64,000 nt of DNA, taken from the NCBI GenBank assembly GCA_002840305.1, contig PHAI01000002.1, positions 74,707-138,706 of the forward strand, read 5' to 3'. Shown here one piece after another: positions 29,661 to 39,107 of this stretch. The stretch comes from Candidatus Falkowbacteria bacterium HGW-Falkowbacteria-1 (GTDB lineage Bacteria; Patescibacteriota; Patescibacteriia; Patescibacteriales; UBA12465). The stretch's first letter is position 1, and the number at the start of each line of letters is the position of its first letter. The position numbers were made by a program, and so were the translations under genes. The notes beneath the pieces were generated by a model. The model had not been told where the DNA came from. It made no database searches and worked only from the letters and a program-made list of their open reading frames with translations.

Positions 29661-30704
29661 TTAATTTTTTAACAAACCATGAGCAATACTTTCTTTAATT
29701 CCAGCGCCGGTAATAGATATAAAGTCGGCCTTTCCTTTTATTTTTTCAATACCATCAGCCCCCATATAGGTCATACCAGAAGCTAAGCCACCCAAAAGTT
29801 TGTTAACTATTGGAACAACTGAACCTTTATATTCAACGAGTGTCATTTCTCCCTCAACATGAACAACCTCTTCCTTTTTTACTCCGTCCAGGGCCATTTT
29901 CTTAACAGTGGCTAAATAACTAGCCATACCTCTATATTCTTTAAATTTCTTGCCATTTTTAATGATTATTTTTCCAGGGCTTTCTTCGGTTCCAGAAAAC
30001 AATGAACCAAGCATAACAGTATCAGCACCAGCTCCAATAGCCTTAACCAAGTCTCCTGATATTTTTATACCACCGTCAGCACAAATTGGAACCCTTCCTT
30101 GGCTAGCTTCATAAACGTCCATAATGGCTGTAATTTGAGGAACGCCAGCTCCAGCCATAATTCTAGTAGTACACATTGAGCCTGGTCCAATACCAACTTT
30201 TATGGCATCGGCCTTTTTGCTTATGAAATATTCAGCCGCATCTTTAGTTGCAATATTACCTACAATTATATCAATTTTTGGATATTCTTTTTTAATATAA
30301 TCCAAGGTTTTTCCAACTCTCTTAGAATGACCATGTGCAACATCTAAAACTAAAATATCGCAACCAACATTAACCAACGCCTTAACTCTTTCTTCATAAT
30401 CTTTAACGCCAATTGCTGCCGCTGTTAATAATTTTTCTTTTTTAACTTTTTGGACTTCCTTAATTTGATTAGACAGAGTCATAAACCTATGAATAACACC
30501 TAAACCTCCCAATTTACCAACTGTGATGGCCATTTTACTTTCACAAACCGTGTCCATGTTGGCCACCAACAAAGGAATGTCTAGATAATGATTTTTAGTT
30601 ACCTTAGTTCTAAAAGAAACATCTTTTCTGGAATTGACTCTATTATATTTTGGAACTATCAAAACATCATCGAAGGAGTAACCCTTCCCTATTATTCTGG
30701 CCAT
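29661..30704 (-). CDS. IMP dehydrogenase/GMP reductase family protein lacking CBS domains
   Basis: SFDDVL, ANMDTV, GIGPGSMCTTR catalytic Cys, ADGG, YRGMAS. Confidence 0.9.
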   Translation of the reverse strand: MARIIGKGYSFDDVLIVPKYNRVNSRKDVSFRTKVTKNHYLDIPLLVANMDTVCESKMAITVGKLGGLGVIHRFMTLSNQIKEVQKVKKEKLLTAAAIGVKDYEERVKALVNVGCDILVLDVAHGHSKRVGKTLDYIKKEYPKIDIIVGNIATKDAAEYFISKKADAIKVGIGPGSMCTTRIMAGAGVPQITAIMDVYEASQGRVPICADGGIKISGDLVKAIGAGADTVMLGSLFSGTEESPGKIIIKNGKKFKEYRGMASYLATVKKMALDGVKKEEVVHVEGEMTLVEYKGSVVPIVNKLLGGLASGMTYMGADGIEKIKGKADFISITGAGIKESIAHGLLKN

Positions 30705-30710
30705 ATTTTC

Positions 30711-31286
30711 TTAAATTAAATTAATTATTTTTAAAATTTTATTTCGGTGCTTGTCTAAATTTATTTTTTCAGGATCACCGGAAGAAGACCCAAACAAAAT
30801 TGTTTTTTTATTTTTAATACCACAAAAAGCAAGCATTCTTTTTAGTGTTTTAGTGGCTAAATTGCCTATAAAGAAATAATAAATATTGGGTCCGCCAGAA
30901 GTACATATCAAAAATGACTTTTTGCCCTTCAAAAGTTTATCAGGAAAATTACTACCATTTTTACTATATTTGAAAGCAAAACTTGGCAAAAATATTCTAT
31001 CAATAAAACCTTTTAAAATTGCCGGAAAGCTATACCACCACATCGGGAAAACAAAAACTAAACTATCGGCCCACAAAATATCTTCTTGAGCTTTCTTTAA
31101 ATCAGGCTCTAACTCTTTGACCTCTCTATATCCTTTTGACAAGTTAAGATCAAAATTTAAATCACCTAAATTTATTCGACGAAAATCATATTGTTTGTTT
31201 TTTATTTCTTCTTCAAAAACATTTGCCAGCCTACCATTTAAACTATTTTTATCCGGATGGCCCAATATTAACAAAACCTTTTTCAT
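30711..31286 (-). CDS. Flavodoxin-like NAD(P)H:quinone oxidoreductase
   Basis: GHP...S-x-N, FPMWWYSFPAILKGFIDR, TSGG. Confidence 0.9.
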   Translation of the reverse strand: MKKVLLILGHPDKNSLNGRLANVFEEEIKNKQYDFRRINLGDLNFDLNLSKGYREVKELEPDLKKAQEDILWADSLVFVFPMWWYSFPAILKGFIDRIFLPSFAFKYSKNGSNFPDKLLKGKKSFLICTSGGPNIYYFFIGNLATKTLKRMLAFCGIKNKKTILFGSSSGDPEKINLDKHRNKILKIINLI

Positions 31287-31290
31287 AAAA

Positions 31291-31776
31291 TTAATTTAAT
31301 AAATAAATACTATAGGCTAAATAAGTAGCGAAAGACACCCAAACAAAATAAGGAATAAACAAGATGGCTGAAATTTTATAACCTCGCCACAGCATTAAAA
31401 TCAAAATCAAATTTACTAAATTTAGAGCCATCATTTCAATAACCGACCAAAAAATTAAATGCCAACCAAAAAATAAAGTTGACCAAAAAATATTTAAAAA
31501 ACCATTCAAAACAAAAAGTGAAACAATTATTATAAAAAACAAATTCCGACGATTTGTTTTGGGATGATTAGAAAAAAGTAAAATTGAAATAGCTGATAAC
31601 AAAAAAATTATCGTCCAAACCAAACCAATAAATGAACCGTGTGGGGTAAAAATTGGCAAATTTAAAGTATCATACCAATCCATGTTTCCGCCAGTTATAT
31701 AACCACCAATCAAGGAAACAGAAAGAACGGCCAATGGAATACCTAAATAATTTAATTTTAAACCTCTAATTTTCAT
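31291..31776 (-). CDS. TspO/MBR family protein (second copy)
   Basis: WYDTLNLP, LNIFWSTLFFG, PYFVWVSFATYL. Confidence 0.9.
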   Translation of the reverse strand: MKIRGLKLNYLGIPLAVLSVSLIGGYITGGNMDWYDTLNLPIFTPHGSFIGLVWTIIFLLSAISILLFSNHPKTNRRNLFFIIIVSLFVLNGFLNIFWSTLFFGWHLIFWSVIEMMALNLVNLILILMLWRGYKISAILFIPYFVWVSFATYLAYSIYLLN

Positions 31777-31834
31777 AGTATTGTTTAATTAATAATTATC
31801 CCTTATATTATAGCAGATAATCAAAAAAATAACA

Positions 31835-32314
31835 TTAAGCCGCTATTATACCGTCCACAATTTTCCCCAGAAAATAAGAAACCGTAATCACCACTACAGC
31901 AATAAATAAATGTTCGAAAACCACACTAAAATTTTTTCTCTCCTTTTCATTGCTTATCTTATAACTCAGCACTGACAACAAAATTACCCCCCAAACAACC
32001 GATATGATAGTGGAAATAAATAAATTAAAAAACATAAAAGGGATTAGAAAGCTAAGAGCAAAAATAGTCTTGGTTAAAAAAGTTGCTATAGTAGCTTCCC
32101 AAACTTGCTTGCGAGTATTTTCTTTATTGGCTTCTTCAGAAATATGAATACCCAAAGAATCAGAAAAGGCATCAGCAATGGCAATTATCAAAATACCACT
32201 GATAACAGCCAATTTTGAACCAGTACTAGAATTAAGACCCACCATTAAACCCAAGGTAGTTATAACGGCCGAAGTCAAACCAAAGCTTAGTCCTTTCTTT
32301 AATGATTTCTTCAT
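31835..32314 (-). CDS. VIT1/CCC1-like membrane protein
   Basis: FGLTSAVITTLG and ADAFSDSLGIHISEE. Confidence 0.8.
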   Translation of the reverse strand: MKKSLKKGLSFGLTSAVITTLGLMVGLNSSTGSKLAVISGILIIAIADAFSDSLGIHISEEANKENTRKQVWEATIATFLTKTIFALSFLIPFMFFNLFISTIISVVWGVILLSVLSYKISNEKERKNFSVVFEHLFIAVVVITVSYFLGKIVDGIIAA

Positions 32315-33465
32315 ATTTTTTGTGATCTTTTTCTAGCAGAGTTAGCAAAGCGATGAGCTTCGTCTCTGGCTTTGATTAAAATATTTTTAATTTTTAAAAC
32401 TTTTTTTTGAAATTCAATATCAAAATTAGATAGAAAAACTAATTCATCACCAGCAAATTTTGATAGACCTACTACGCTCTTTATTTTATATTTTTTAAAG
32501 ATTTTAGACAAGAAGTCAGTTTGGGGACGACCGCCATCTATTAAAATTAAATCTGGATATTCCCATTCTTTATGTTGCAAACGTCTACTTAGAACCTCGC
32601 TCAAAGCCCTTAAGTCATCGCTCAAAAATTCATTCTTTATCTTAAATAAACGATACTTAGCCTTTTCAGCTTCCCCCTCAAAATTAAAAACAACCATTGA
32701 ACCATAAGCATTCTTTCCTGAAAAATGAGAAATATCATAAGCCTCAATTCTGCCAAAATTTGTTTCAACTATGTTATGATCCCTCTCCAGGAGCGAAACA
32801 TCTTGTAAATGTTTCAAAGACTTAGCTTGCAAAGGATTTTCTTTTAACAATTTTTTAAGCAAAAAATCTCTCTTCCCTCTCAACAACAAAATTATATTCT
32901 TAATATTTTTTTGATAATCTTTTTTGTTAATTAAGCCCAAACAAGACCCTGGACAAAGTTTCACCTGATAATCAAAACAGGCTTTGCCAGAATTAGCCTT
33001 ACAAGTTCCATAAGGAAATATTCGCCTAATTATTCTCAAAGCATTTTTAATTAAAGTTGAAGACTGATATGGTCCAAAAATATCATTTTCTTTTTCGGAA
33101 AATTTTTTTAAATCTTTCCCACGAACAATTAAAGGATAAGTAAAATCTTTTTTTGGAATAACAACGTAAACAAAAGAACGATCATCGCGATCCTTTATAT
33201 TATATTTTGGCCAATATTTTTTGATATACTTGGCCTCCAAAATAATTGCCTCTAGTAAGGTTTTAGTTTCGATAACTTTTATTTTTTTAGCCTGCGCAAC
33301 CATTTCCTTTATTCTCGAATCAACATTAGATAAAAAATACTGGCTCAGTCTATTCTTTAGACTAGTTGCTCGACCAACATATAAAACCCTCCCTCGACCA
33401 TCAAGCCAGAAATAAACACCAGAATTTTTGGAAATTTTCTTTATTGTATCTTTGAGTGTCTTCAT
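32311..33465 (-). CDS. uvrC: Excinuclease ABC subunit C, short form without HhH tail
   Basis: GIY-YIG (GVY...YVG...LKNRLSQYF), Cys cluster, RIEAYDISH, LIDGG, RDEAHRFA. Confidence 0.92.
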   Translation of the reverse strand: MKTLKDTIKKISKNSGVYFWLDGRGRVLYVGRATSLKNRLSQYFLSNVDSRIKEMVAQAKKIKVIETKTLLEAIILEAKYIKKYWPKYNIKDRDDRSFVYVVIPKKDFTYPLIVRGKDLKKFSEKENDIFGPYQSSTLIKNALRIIRRIFPYGTCKANSGKACFDYQVKLCPGSCLGLINKKDYQKNIKNIILLLRGKRDFLLKKLLKENPLQAKSLKHLQDVSLLERDHNIVETNFGRIEAYDISHFSGKNAYGSMVVFNFEGEAEKAKYRLFKIKNEFLSDDLRALSEVLSRRLQHKEWEYPDLILIDGGRPQTDFLSKIFKKYKIKSVVGLSKFAGDELVFLSNFDIEFQKKVLKIKNILIKARDEAHRFANSARKRSQKI

Positions 33466-33502
33466 AATAAAATTATACCATTTAGAAAATCTTAACTCAA
33501 AT

Positions 33503-33529
33503 AAAAAAGCCGATGTTTTATCATCGGCT
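33503..33529 (-). terminator. Intrinsic terminator of orphan gene 33544-34101
   Basis: AGCCGATG stem followed by a U6 tail on the minus strand. Confidence 0.8.
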
Positions 33530-33543
33530 AGTAAAATTTTATA

Positions 33544-34101
33544 CTATTTCCATTTAACATAAACTTCCTGGCTCATATAAGTATTGTTAAGAACCAATAT
33601 CCCTTCTTTTAAGAGCAAAATTTCAGCATCAACATATGCGCCCATCGGTGTACCGTCATTAATTTTGACTCGAGCTTTTTCCTTTTTACATTGATCAGAA
33701 AGAGGAAAAGTTAAATGTTCCAATTGAAGCTGACCAACAATACCAATATTGTCATAACGTTGTGACTTCAAAGGAAAAACAACATAAGTAATATTGGATC
33801 TTACATACCAACTGCCTTCTGTTAATTCATTACCAAACGCATCCACAACTTTTACGTTGTTACTGTGGACCACCTTGATAATTTTAATAGCCATGAAGTC
33901 TTTTTGGATTTCCTTTTCCAATGAACAATCATCAGAAATTAAATCCCCAATGGTTAGCGCCTCCCTTTTATTCGACTGACAACTTGGATAAAACAGAAGG
34001 AAAGCAATAGATAGAAGCATTGCTCCCGCCAAAATTCTTCCCAAATAAACCTTACTACCATTTCTTGTAGAAATAACAATGTCTCTGAAGTATTTTCTCA
34101 T
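33544..34101 (-). CDS. Orphan membrane-anchored protein or lipoprotein
   Basis: 185-aa ORF; hydrophobic segment ending YPSC; has its own promoter and terminator. Confidence 0.75.
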   Translation of the reverse strand: MRKYFRDIVISTRNGSKVYLGRILAGAMLLSIAFLLFYPSCQSNKREALTIGDLISDDCSLEKEIQKDFMAIKIIKVVHSNNVKVVDAFGNELTEGSWYVRSNITYVVFPLKSQRYDNIGIVGQLQLEHLTFPLSDQCKKEKARVKINDGTPMGAYVDAEILLLKEGILVLNNTYMSQEVYVKWK

Positions 34102-34112
34102 GACTAAACAAA

Positions 34113-34246
34113 TTTAGGTTAAACAATCAAATTAATTACAAAATTTACTTAAGGCTATCAAACAAACTCAATAATTAACTCGATTATTATTTTTCAAGGC
34201 ACTAATTTTGTTATTATAGCATACTTTAAATATTTTGTCAAATAAA
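34113..34246 (-). repeat. 134-bp leader repeat, copy 1 (promoter + boxA-like + 30-bp hairpin)
   Basis: 127/134 identical to 35423-35556; TTGACA(34241-34236)-17-TATAAT(34218-34213); hairpin at 34122-34188. Confidence 0.95.
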
Positions 34247-34276
34247 TTTTTGGCACTTTAAGGTCGTATTTCAAAT

Positions 34277-34301
34277 AAAAAACAGGCTTTATGGGCCTGT
34301 T
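34277..34301 (-). terminator. Intrinsic terminator of orphan gene 34314-34781
   Basis: ACAGGC / GCCTGT stem with U tail on the minus strand. Confidence 0.7.
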
Positions 34302-34313
34302 GTTGTTCTTAAT

Positions 34314-34781
34314 TTAAGAGAAAAGATGAAAAACAAGAAAAATAACGAAAATAATTACTAATCCAATTATTAAATATATAATCCTTGCCAGAAACCTTCC
34401 GGGGTCTCTTTTCTTAGCTTTACTAAGTTCATCAAAAAAAGCATCCATATCAATACCATCGCCCTCTTTTATTGTTATTTTATCATAAACTTTTTTATAT
34501 TCTTTTCTTATATTACCCTCTTTTTCTGCAACATCTTCAAATTTAAAAAGAAGAAAAATAAATATCATTGATGCGAAATGGATCAATAAAGACAAAAACA
34601 ACAAAACCAAAACAAAAGAAATTGAAAATTGCTTCGAGGCGAAATAAAAAGAAAACAACAATAAAACTAAATGAAAGGACCACCTTTTCGCTTCTTTCAA
34701 ATAAGCACACATCCAAATCATGGCGACTAAAATATTTATTCGTAGTCTACCCAAATAAAACAAAAAAACAGTTTCTCTCAT
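34314..34781 (-). CDS. Orphan multi-pass membrane protein
   Basis: 155 aa, 3-4 hydrophobic segments; own promoter (TTTACA-17-TAGAAT at 34909-34881) and terminator. Confidence 0.65.
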   Translation of the reverse strand: MRETVFLFYLGRLRINILVAMIWMCAYLKEAKRWSFHLVLLLFSFYFASKQFSISFVLVLLFLSLLIHFASMIFIFLLFKFEDVAEKEGNIRKEYKKVYDKITIKEGDGIDMDAFFDELSKAKKRDPGRFLARIIYLIIGLVIIFVIFLVFHLFS

Positions 34782-34942
34782 CTCATTATTTTTAAAAAGG
34801 TTAGATAATCGAATTACTCATTATTTTCTTTACCGTTTTTTTTGCTAATTAATTATTTTAAAGTTCTATTAAATCGATTAATTCTAACACAAAAAAATAA
34901 TCCTGTAAACACCAAATATTTCTAAGCAAAATTAATATAAAC

Positions 34943-34967
34943 AAAAAAGGCTGATTTGGTCAGCCTT
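34943..34967 (-). terminator. Intrinsic terminator of orphan gene 34996-35412
   Basis: AAGGCTGA / TCAGCCTT stem with U tail on the minus strand. Confidence 0.8.
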
Positions 34968-34995
34968 GATAATTTATTTCACAATAAACGGATCG

Positions 34996-35412
34996 TTATA
35001 ATTGTTTGGCATTCCTAATACTTAAAATAGTGGCATTAAAAATAGCTTGCTCTGAAATGTTGTGCATAGTAAATGGCATTTCAAATGAAGTAGAAATACC
35101 TTCCGAGCGTGAAAATTCAATAATTTCTTTAGTCGACTCTTTCAAGGGATACATGCTAGAATCTCTAAAAAAATACCAACAATTTTTTTCTAGTTTTTTC
35201 CCAGAAAAATCCTTGGCGAGAGAGTCGATTAAAATCTCTTTAACCTGGAAAACAAAAAAATCATTTTTACCGGCAAATTCGGTTTTATTAAAAATTTCAT
35301 TAAACTCATTTTGACTCCCTACTGTCCTTTGTCTTGCAAAAAATACAACAACACAAAAAATCGAAGAAACAACAAATGCTGCTCTCCAAAAAAATAACCA
35401 TTTATTTTTCAT
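34996..35412 (-). CDS. Orphan membrane-anchored protein, probable distant paralog of 33544-34101 (likely start MKNKW)
   Basis: N-terminal TM; shares the D-x2-G-x2-L-x4-WY...PLK motif with 33544-34101. Confidence 0.72.
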   Translation of the reverse strand: MKNKWLFFWRAAFVVSSIFCVVVFFARQRTVGSQNEFNEIFNKTEFAGKNDFFVFQVKEILIDSLAKDFSGKKLEKNCWYFFRDSSMYPLKESTKEIIEFSRSEGISTSFEMPFTMHNISEQAIFNATILSIRNAKQL

Positions 35413-35422
35413 TTTGAAAGAT

Positions 35423-35556
35423 TTTAGGTTAAACAATCAAATTAATCACAAAATTTACTTAAGTCTATTAAATAAATTCAATGATTAATTCGATTATTAT
35501 TTTTCAAGGCACTAATTTTGTTATTATAGCATACTTTAAATATTTTGTCAAATAAA
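35423..35556 (-). repeat. 134-bp leader repeat, copy 2
   Basis: Direct repeat of 34113-34246 at 1310-bp offset; promoter 35523-35551; hairpin 35432-35498. Confidence 0.95.
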
Positions 35557-35571
35557 AACGACGGAAAACGA

Positions 35572-38091
35572 TTATTTCAAGTAATCCTTCAAATATTTCC
35601 CCGTAATGCTCTTTTCATTTCTTATTAAATCTTCTGGCTCTCCGCTGGCCAACAAATAGCCACCTTTTTCCCCGCCATCAGGGCCCAAATCTATTAAATA
35701 ATCCATTGATTTAAGCATATGCATATTATGTTCAATAACAATAACAGTATGACCCTTCTCTACCAGTTTATTCAAAACTTGAAGAAGCAGGCTAATATCA
35801 TGATAATGTAAGCCAGTAGTCGGTTCATCCAATAGATACAAGGTCTTCTGGCCCAAAACATAGGTAAGTTCTTTGGCTATCTTTACTCTCTGGGCCTCAC
35901 CACCGGAAAGAGTTGTGGCACTTTGGCCCAATTTCAAATATCCCAAACCAACTGACTTCAAAATGTTTAATTTATCAGTAATATAATAATTTCCATCAAA
36001 TAATTTTATAGCCTCTTCTACGCTCAAGTCTAATACATCTGAAATACTATGGTTTTTATATTCCACCTGTAAAGTTTCTCTATTAAACCTTTTACCACGA
36101 CAAACCTCACATTCTACAAGCACTGCAGGCAAAAAATGCATCTCAATCAGATTAAACCCAGCTCCTTGGCAGGCTTCACACCTCCCACCTGGTCGATTAA
36201 AAGAAAAACGAGACAAAGTATAACCACGCTCCTTAGATTCTGGTAAGGCGGCAAAAAAATCCCTAATTGGGGTAAAAATACCTGTATAAGTAGCCGGATT
36301 TGACCTAGGAGTTCTACCTATTGGGGATTGGTTAATAATAGAAACCTTATTTATATACTCAGTTCCCTTAAAATCAGCTGCATTAAACAATTTATTCTTT
36401 TTACCAGGATTATTCTTTATCTGTACAATGTTTTTATACAAGACATCATAAAGTAGCGACGATTTACCACTACCGGACACACCACACAAACCAACCAATC
36501 TACCGAGCGGTACCTCTATATTAATATTCTTTAAATTATTAGCATTTGCCCCCTTTATATTGATATGTCCCTTGTTTTGAGACCTTCTTTTAAGCGGAAT
36601 ATCTATCTTTTTACGTCCACTTAAATAATCCAGAGTTAAGGATTTACTATTTTTGTCTTTATTTATTTCCCCCTTGTCTTTGCTGAACAAATTTTTTGTA
36701 TAGTCACTGGCAACTATTTCACCACCATTTATGCCGGCTCCAGGACCGAGATCAACTAAATAATCAGATTGCAAAATAGTTTGCTCATCATGTTCTACCA
36801 AAATAACAGTATTCCCCTTATCTCTAAGAGACTTGAGCGTATCCACTAGCTTTAGAGTATCTCTTTCGTGAAGTCCTATTGTTGGCTCATCCAGAACATA
36901 CAGAGTTCTAGACAACTGCGAGCCTATTTGCGAAGATAGCCTAATTCTTTGTGCCTCACCACCAGAAAGAGTCTCTGCTTCCCTGCTTAAAGTCAAATAA
37001 CCCAGACCAACCTTGTTTAAAAACTCTAAACGGTCTATTATTTGTTGCATTACTGACGAGACTATATTCATTTGACGATCGCTTAGATTACCCAAAACTG
37101 TTTCAAAAAACAAATAAGCCTTATCAAGCGATAAAGCGCTAGCTTCAGCGATATTCTTATTATTTATTTTGACAGATAAAGCCTCTTCTCGAAGTCTTTG
37201 ACCATTACATTTGGGACAAATATCGTCAGCATAAAAACCGATCTTTCCTAGGCCGGAGCAGGACGGACAAGCGCCATGGGGTGAATTAAAGGAAAAAAGT
37301 CTAGGTTCGACCTCCGGAAAGGCAAAGCTATCATTAGGACAAGTCCAATTAGAGGAAAGTAAAAATTCCTCTTTCTCTAAAGCTATAAAAACCAAGCCCT
37401 TACTATAAGCGATAGCATTCTCTATGGCTTCAAATAAGCGCGTATCATCATTTGGCAAAACTTTATCTATAATTATATCTATATCATGCTTTTTGGCTGG
37501 ACTTAGCTTTATTTGGTCTCTGAGTGAACAAATTTTACCATCTATTCTAGCCTCTGAATAACCCAAAGACAGATAATCATAGAGTAATTGATAATATTCC
37601 CCTTTTCTACCTCGAACCACAGGAGAAATAATAGTTAAATATTTGCTTTTAGCCTCTTTGGCCCTAGAAATAGAAATATCAACCATTTCCTCCAGAGATA
37701 ACTTTTGAATTTTGTGGCCACAAAGCGGACAAAAAACTTCCCCCAAACGCGCATATAAAACCCTCAAATAATCCCAAATATCAGTTAGAGTTCCAACCGT
37801 AGAACGAGGGTTATGAGATAATGCTTTTTGATCTATAGATATGGCCGGGGCCAAACCGATGATCTCATCAACTTCAGCCGGTTTCTTTTGCCCTAAAAAC
37901 TGTCTCATATAGGGAGAAAGTGATTCTACGTAGCGACGCTGGCCCTCGGCAAAGATAGTGTCAAAAGCCAAAGACGATTTTCCGGAACCAGAAACTCCAG
38001 TAATTACCGTCAATTGATTATGTGGTATTTCTAGATCAATATTTTTTAAATTGTGCATCCGTGCTCCACGAATTATTATTTTATCATTCAT
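35572..38091 (-). CDS. uvrA: Excinuclease ABC subunit A
   Basis: Two Walker A motifs (GVSGSGKSS), LSGGEAQR x2, zinc modules, DEPT. Confidence 0.98.
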   Translation of the reverse strand: MNDKIIIRGARMHNLKNIDLEIPHNQLTVITGVSGSGKSSLAFDTIFAEGQRRYVESLSPYMRQFLGQKKPAEVDEIIGLAPAISIDQKALSHNPRSTVGTLTDIWDYLRVLYARLGEVFCPLCGHKIQKLSLEEMVDISISRAKEAKSKYLTIISPVVRGRKGEYYQLLYDYLSLGYSEARIDGKICSLRDQIKLSPAKKHDIDIIIDKVLPNDDTRLFEAIENAIAYSKGLVFIALEKEEFLLSSNWTCPNDSFAFPEVEPRLFSFNSPHGACPSCSGLGKIGFYADDICPKCNGQRLREEALSVKINNKNIAEASALSLDKAYLFFETVLGNLSDRQMNIVSSVMQQIIDRLEFLNKVGLGYLTLSREAETLSGGEAQRIRLSSQIGSQLSRTLYVLDEPTIGLHERDTLKLVDTLKSLRDKGNTVILVEHDEQTILQSDYLVDLGPGAGINGGEIVASDYTKNLFSKDKGEINKDKNSKSLTLDYLSGRKKIDIPLKRRSQNKGHINIKGANANNLKNINIEVPLGRLVGLCGVSGSGKSSLLYDVLYKNIVQIKNNPGKKNKLFNAADFKGTEYINKVSIINQSPIGRTPRSNPATYTGIFTPIRDFFAALPESKERGYTLSRFSFNRPGGRCEACQGAGFNLIEMHFLPAVLVECEVCRGKRFNRETLQVEYKNHSISDVLDLSVEEAIKLFDGNYYITDKLNILKSVGLGYLKLGQSATTLSGGEAQRVKIAKELTYVLGQKTLYLLDEPTTGLHYHDISLLLQVLNKLVEKGHTVIVIEHNMHMLKSMDYLIDLGPDGGEKGGYLLASGEPEDLIRNEKSITGKYLKDYLK

Positions 38092-38094
38092 ATC

Positions 38095-38580
38095 TTAAAT
38101 TTTTTTTCCAATAAACCTAATTGATAACTTAATGTCAAATTCTGGAAATTCATTTAACACCCAATTAATATAAGTATTACAATTAGGACCTATCGCCCAA
38201 TATTTATCTTTATGCTTGTAGTTATTGCTTGAATTTTCAATAAAATCACACATTTTATTGGCCAAAGAATTTTCCCCACCTTCTATACATTTAATTAATT
38301 TTGGTTTCCATAAAAGTTTATCGAAGAAAAACGGTGTCATTCCCGCTCCAACGAAGGGATCAAGGGAATTGAGATGTAAATGCCTACCAATGATTTTATT
38401 TTTTTTATTTCTGTGAAAAAGAACCTCCCACCTTGAAACTTTTTTATTTCTAACACAAACAAACCAAGAATGACTAAAAAAAATATTAAAGGGTATAATA
38501 GCCGGACAGGAAAACAAAAAAATCTGATATCCTTCGCTTTTTAACATTTTAGAAAAATTTTCTTTTGAGATATTGTTCAT
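38095..38580 (-). CDS. DUF3750-like hypothetical protein (likely start MNNISK)
   Basis: HSWFV, RWEV and Y-W-x-x-GPNCNTY motif. Confidence 0.6.
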   Translation of the reverse strand: MNNISKENFSKMLKSEGYQIFLFSCPAIIPFNIFFSHSWFVCVRNKKVSRWEVLFHRNKKNKIIGRHLHLNSLDPFVGAGMTPFFFDKLLWKPKLIKCIEGGENSLANKMCDFIENSSNNYKHKDKYWAIGPNCNTYINWVLNEFPEFDIKLSIRFIGKKI

Positions 38581-38672
38581 ATAATAAAAATAGGCAAGAA
38601 TTTGTTTTACTTGCTGAATATATTTATTTTGTCTAATTATAACATCAAAAATAGATAAATTCAATTTAAACA

Positions 38673-38697
38673 AAAAACACCGATAAAGGTGTTTTTT
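38673..38697. terminator. Intrinsic terminator-like inverted repeat
   Basis: AAAAAACACC-GATAAA-GGTGTTTTTT. Confidence 0.65.
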
Positions 38698-38726
38698 AAG
38701 GATCAAAATCTTCCACTATATTTTTT

Positions 38727-39107
38727 CTAATTGCTTCTACATTCTGTTTTTCTTTTTTTGAACCAAGTAACAAGAAATAATGTTCCTACTAAAAAAGCAA
38801 CCCCAGAAATTTGAATAGCCCAGGATAACAAATACCATTCGAACTGGTTTCTCATTAGTAAAACTATGTAAACTAATCCTGCCAGGATAAACCCCACACC
38901 ACCGACAATTTCGTGTTTCCAAGAAATTATCAATACAACAAGCAAAACAAGGGCTGGCAAGTTATGCATGAACAAAGCCACAACGGTTTGCCAAAAATTT
39001 AATCCCGAACCAAAAACATCCAATGACATTAAAGCTAAAAAACAGATAAAAATAATCGATAAAATTCTTGGAGTCCAGTATAAACTTTTGCTAATTTTGT
39101 TTTCCAT
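38727..39107 (-). CDS. Small 4-TM membrane protein
   Basis: WTPRILSI...SLDVF...MHNLP...WK; four hydrophobic segments. Confidence 0.75.
   Translation of the reverse strand: MENKISKSLYWTPRILSIIFICFLALMSLDVFGSGLNFWQTVVALFMHNLPALVLLVVLIISWKHEIVGGVGFILAGLVYIVLLMRNQFEWYLLSWAIQISGVAFLVGTLFLVTWFKKRKTECRSN

Noticed and set aside
34113..35556. Integron cassette array (attC) explanation for the repeats
   Set aside because: GTTAAAC at 34118-34124 resembles an R box, but it has no matching partner framing the hairpin. The stem lacks extrahelical bases, lies 5' of the genes, and each gene has its own promoter and terminator.
34113..35556. DGR template/variable repeat pair
   Set aside because: Several differences involve A, but not all. 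The repeats are non-coding, the changes are explained by G.U/A-U stem swaps, and no reverse transcriptase is present in the window.
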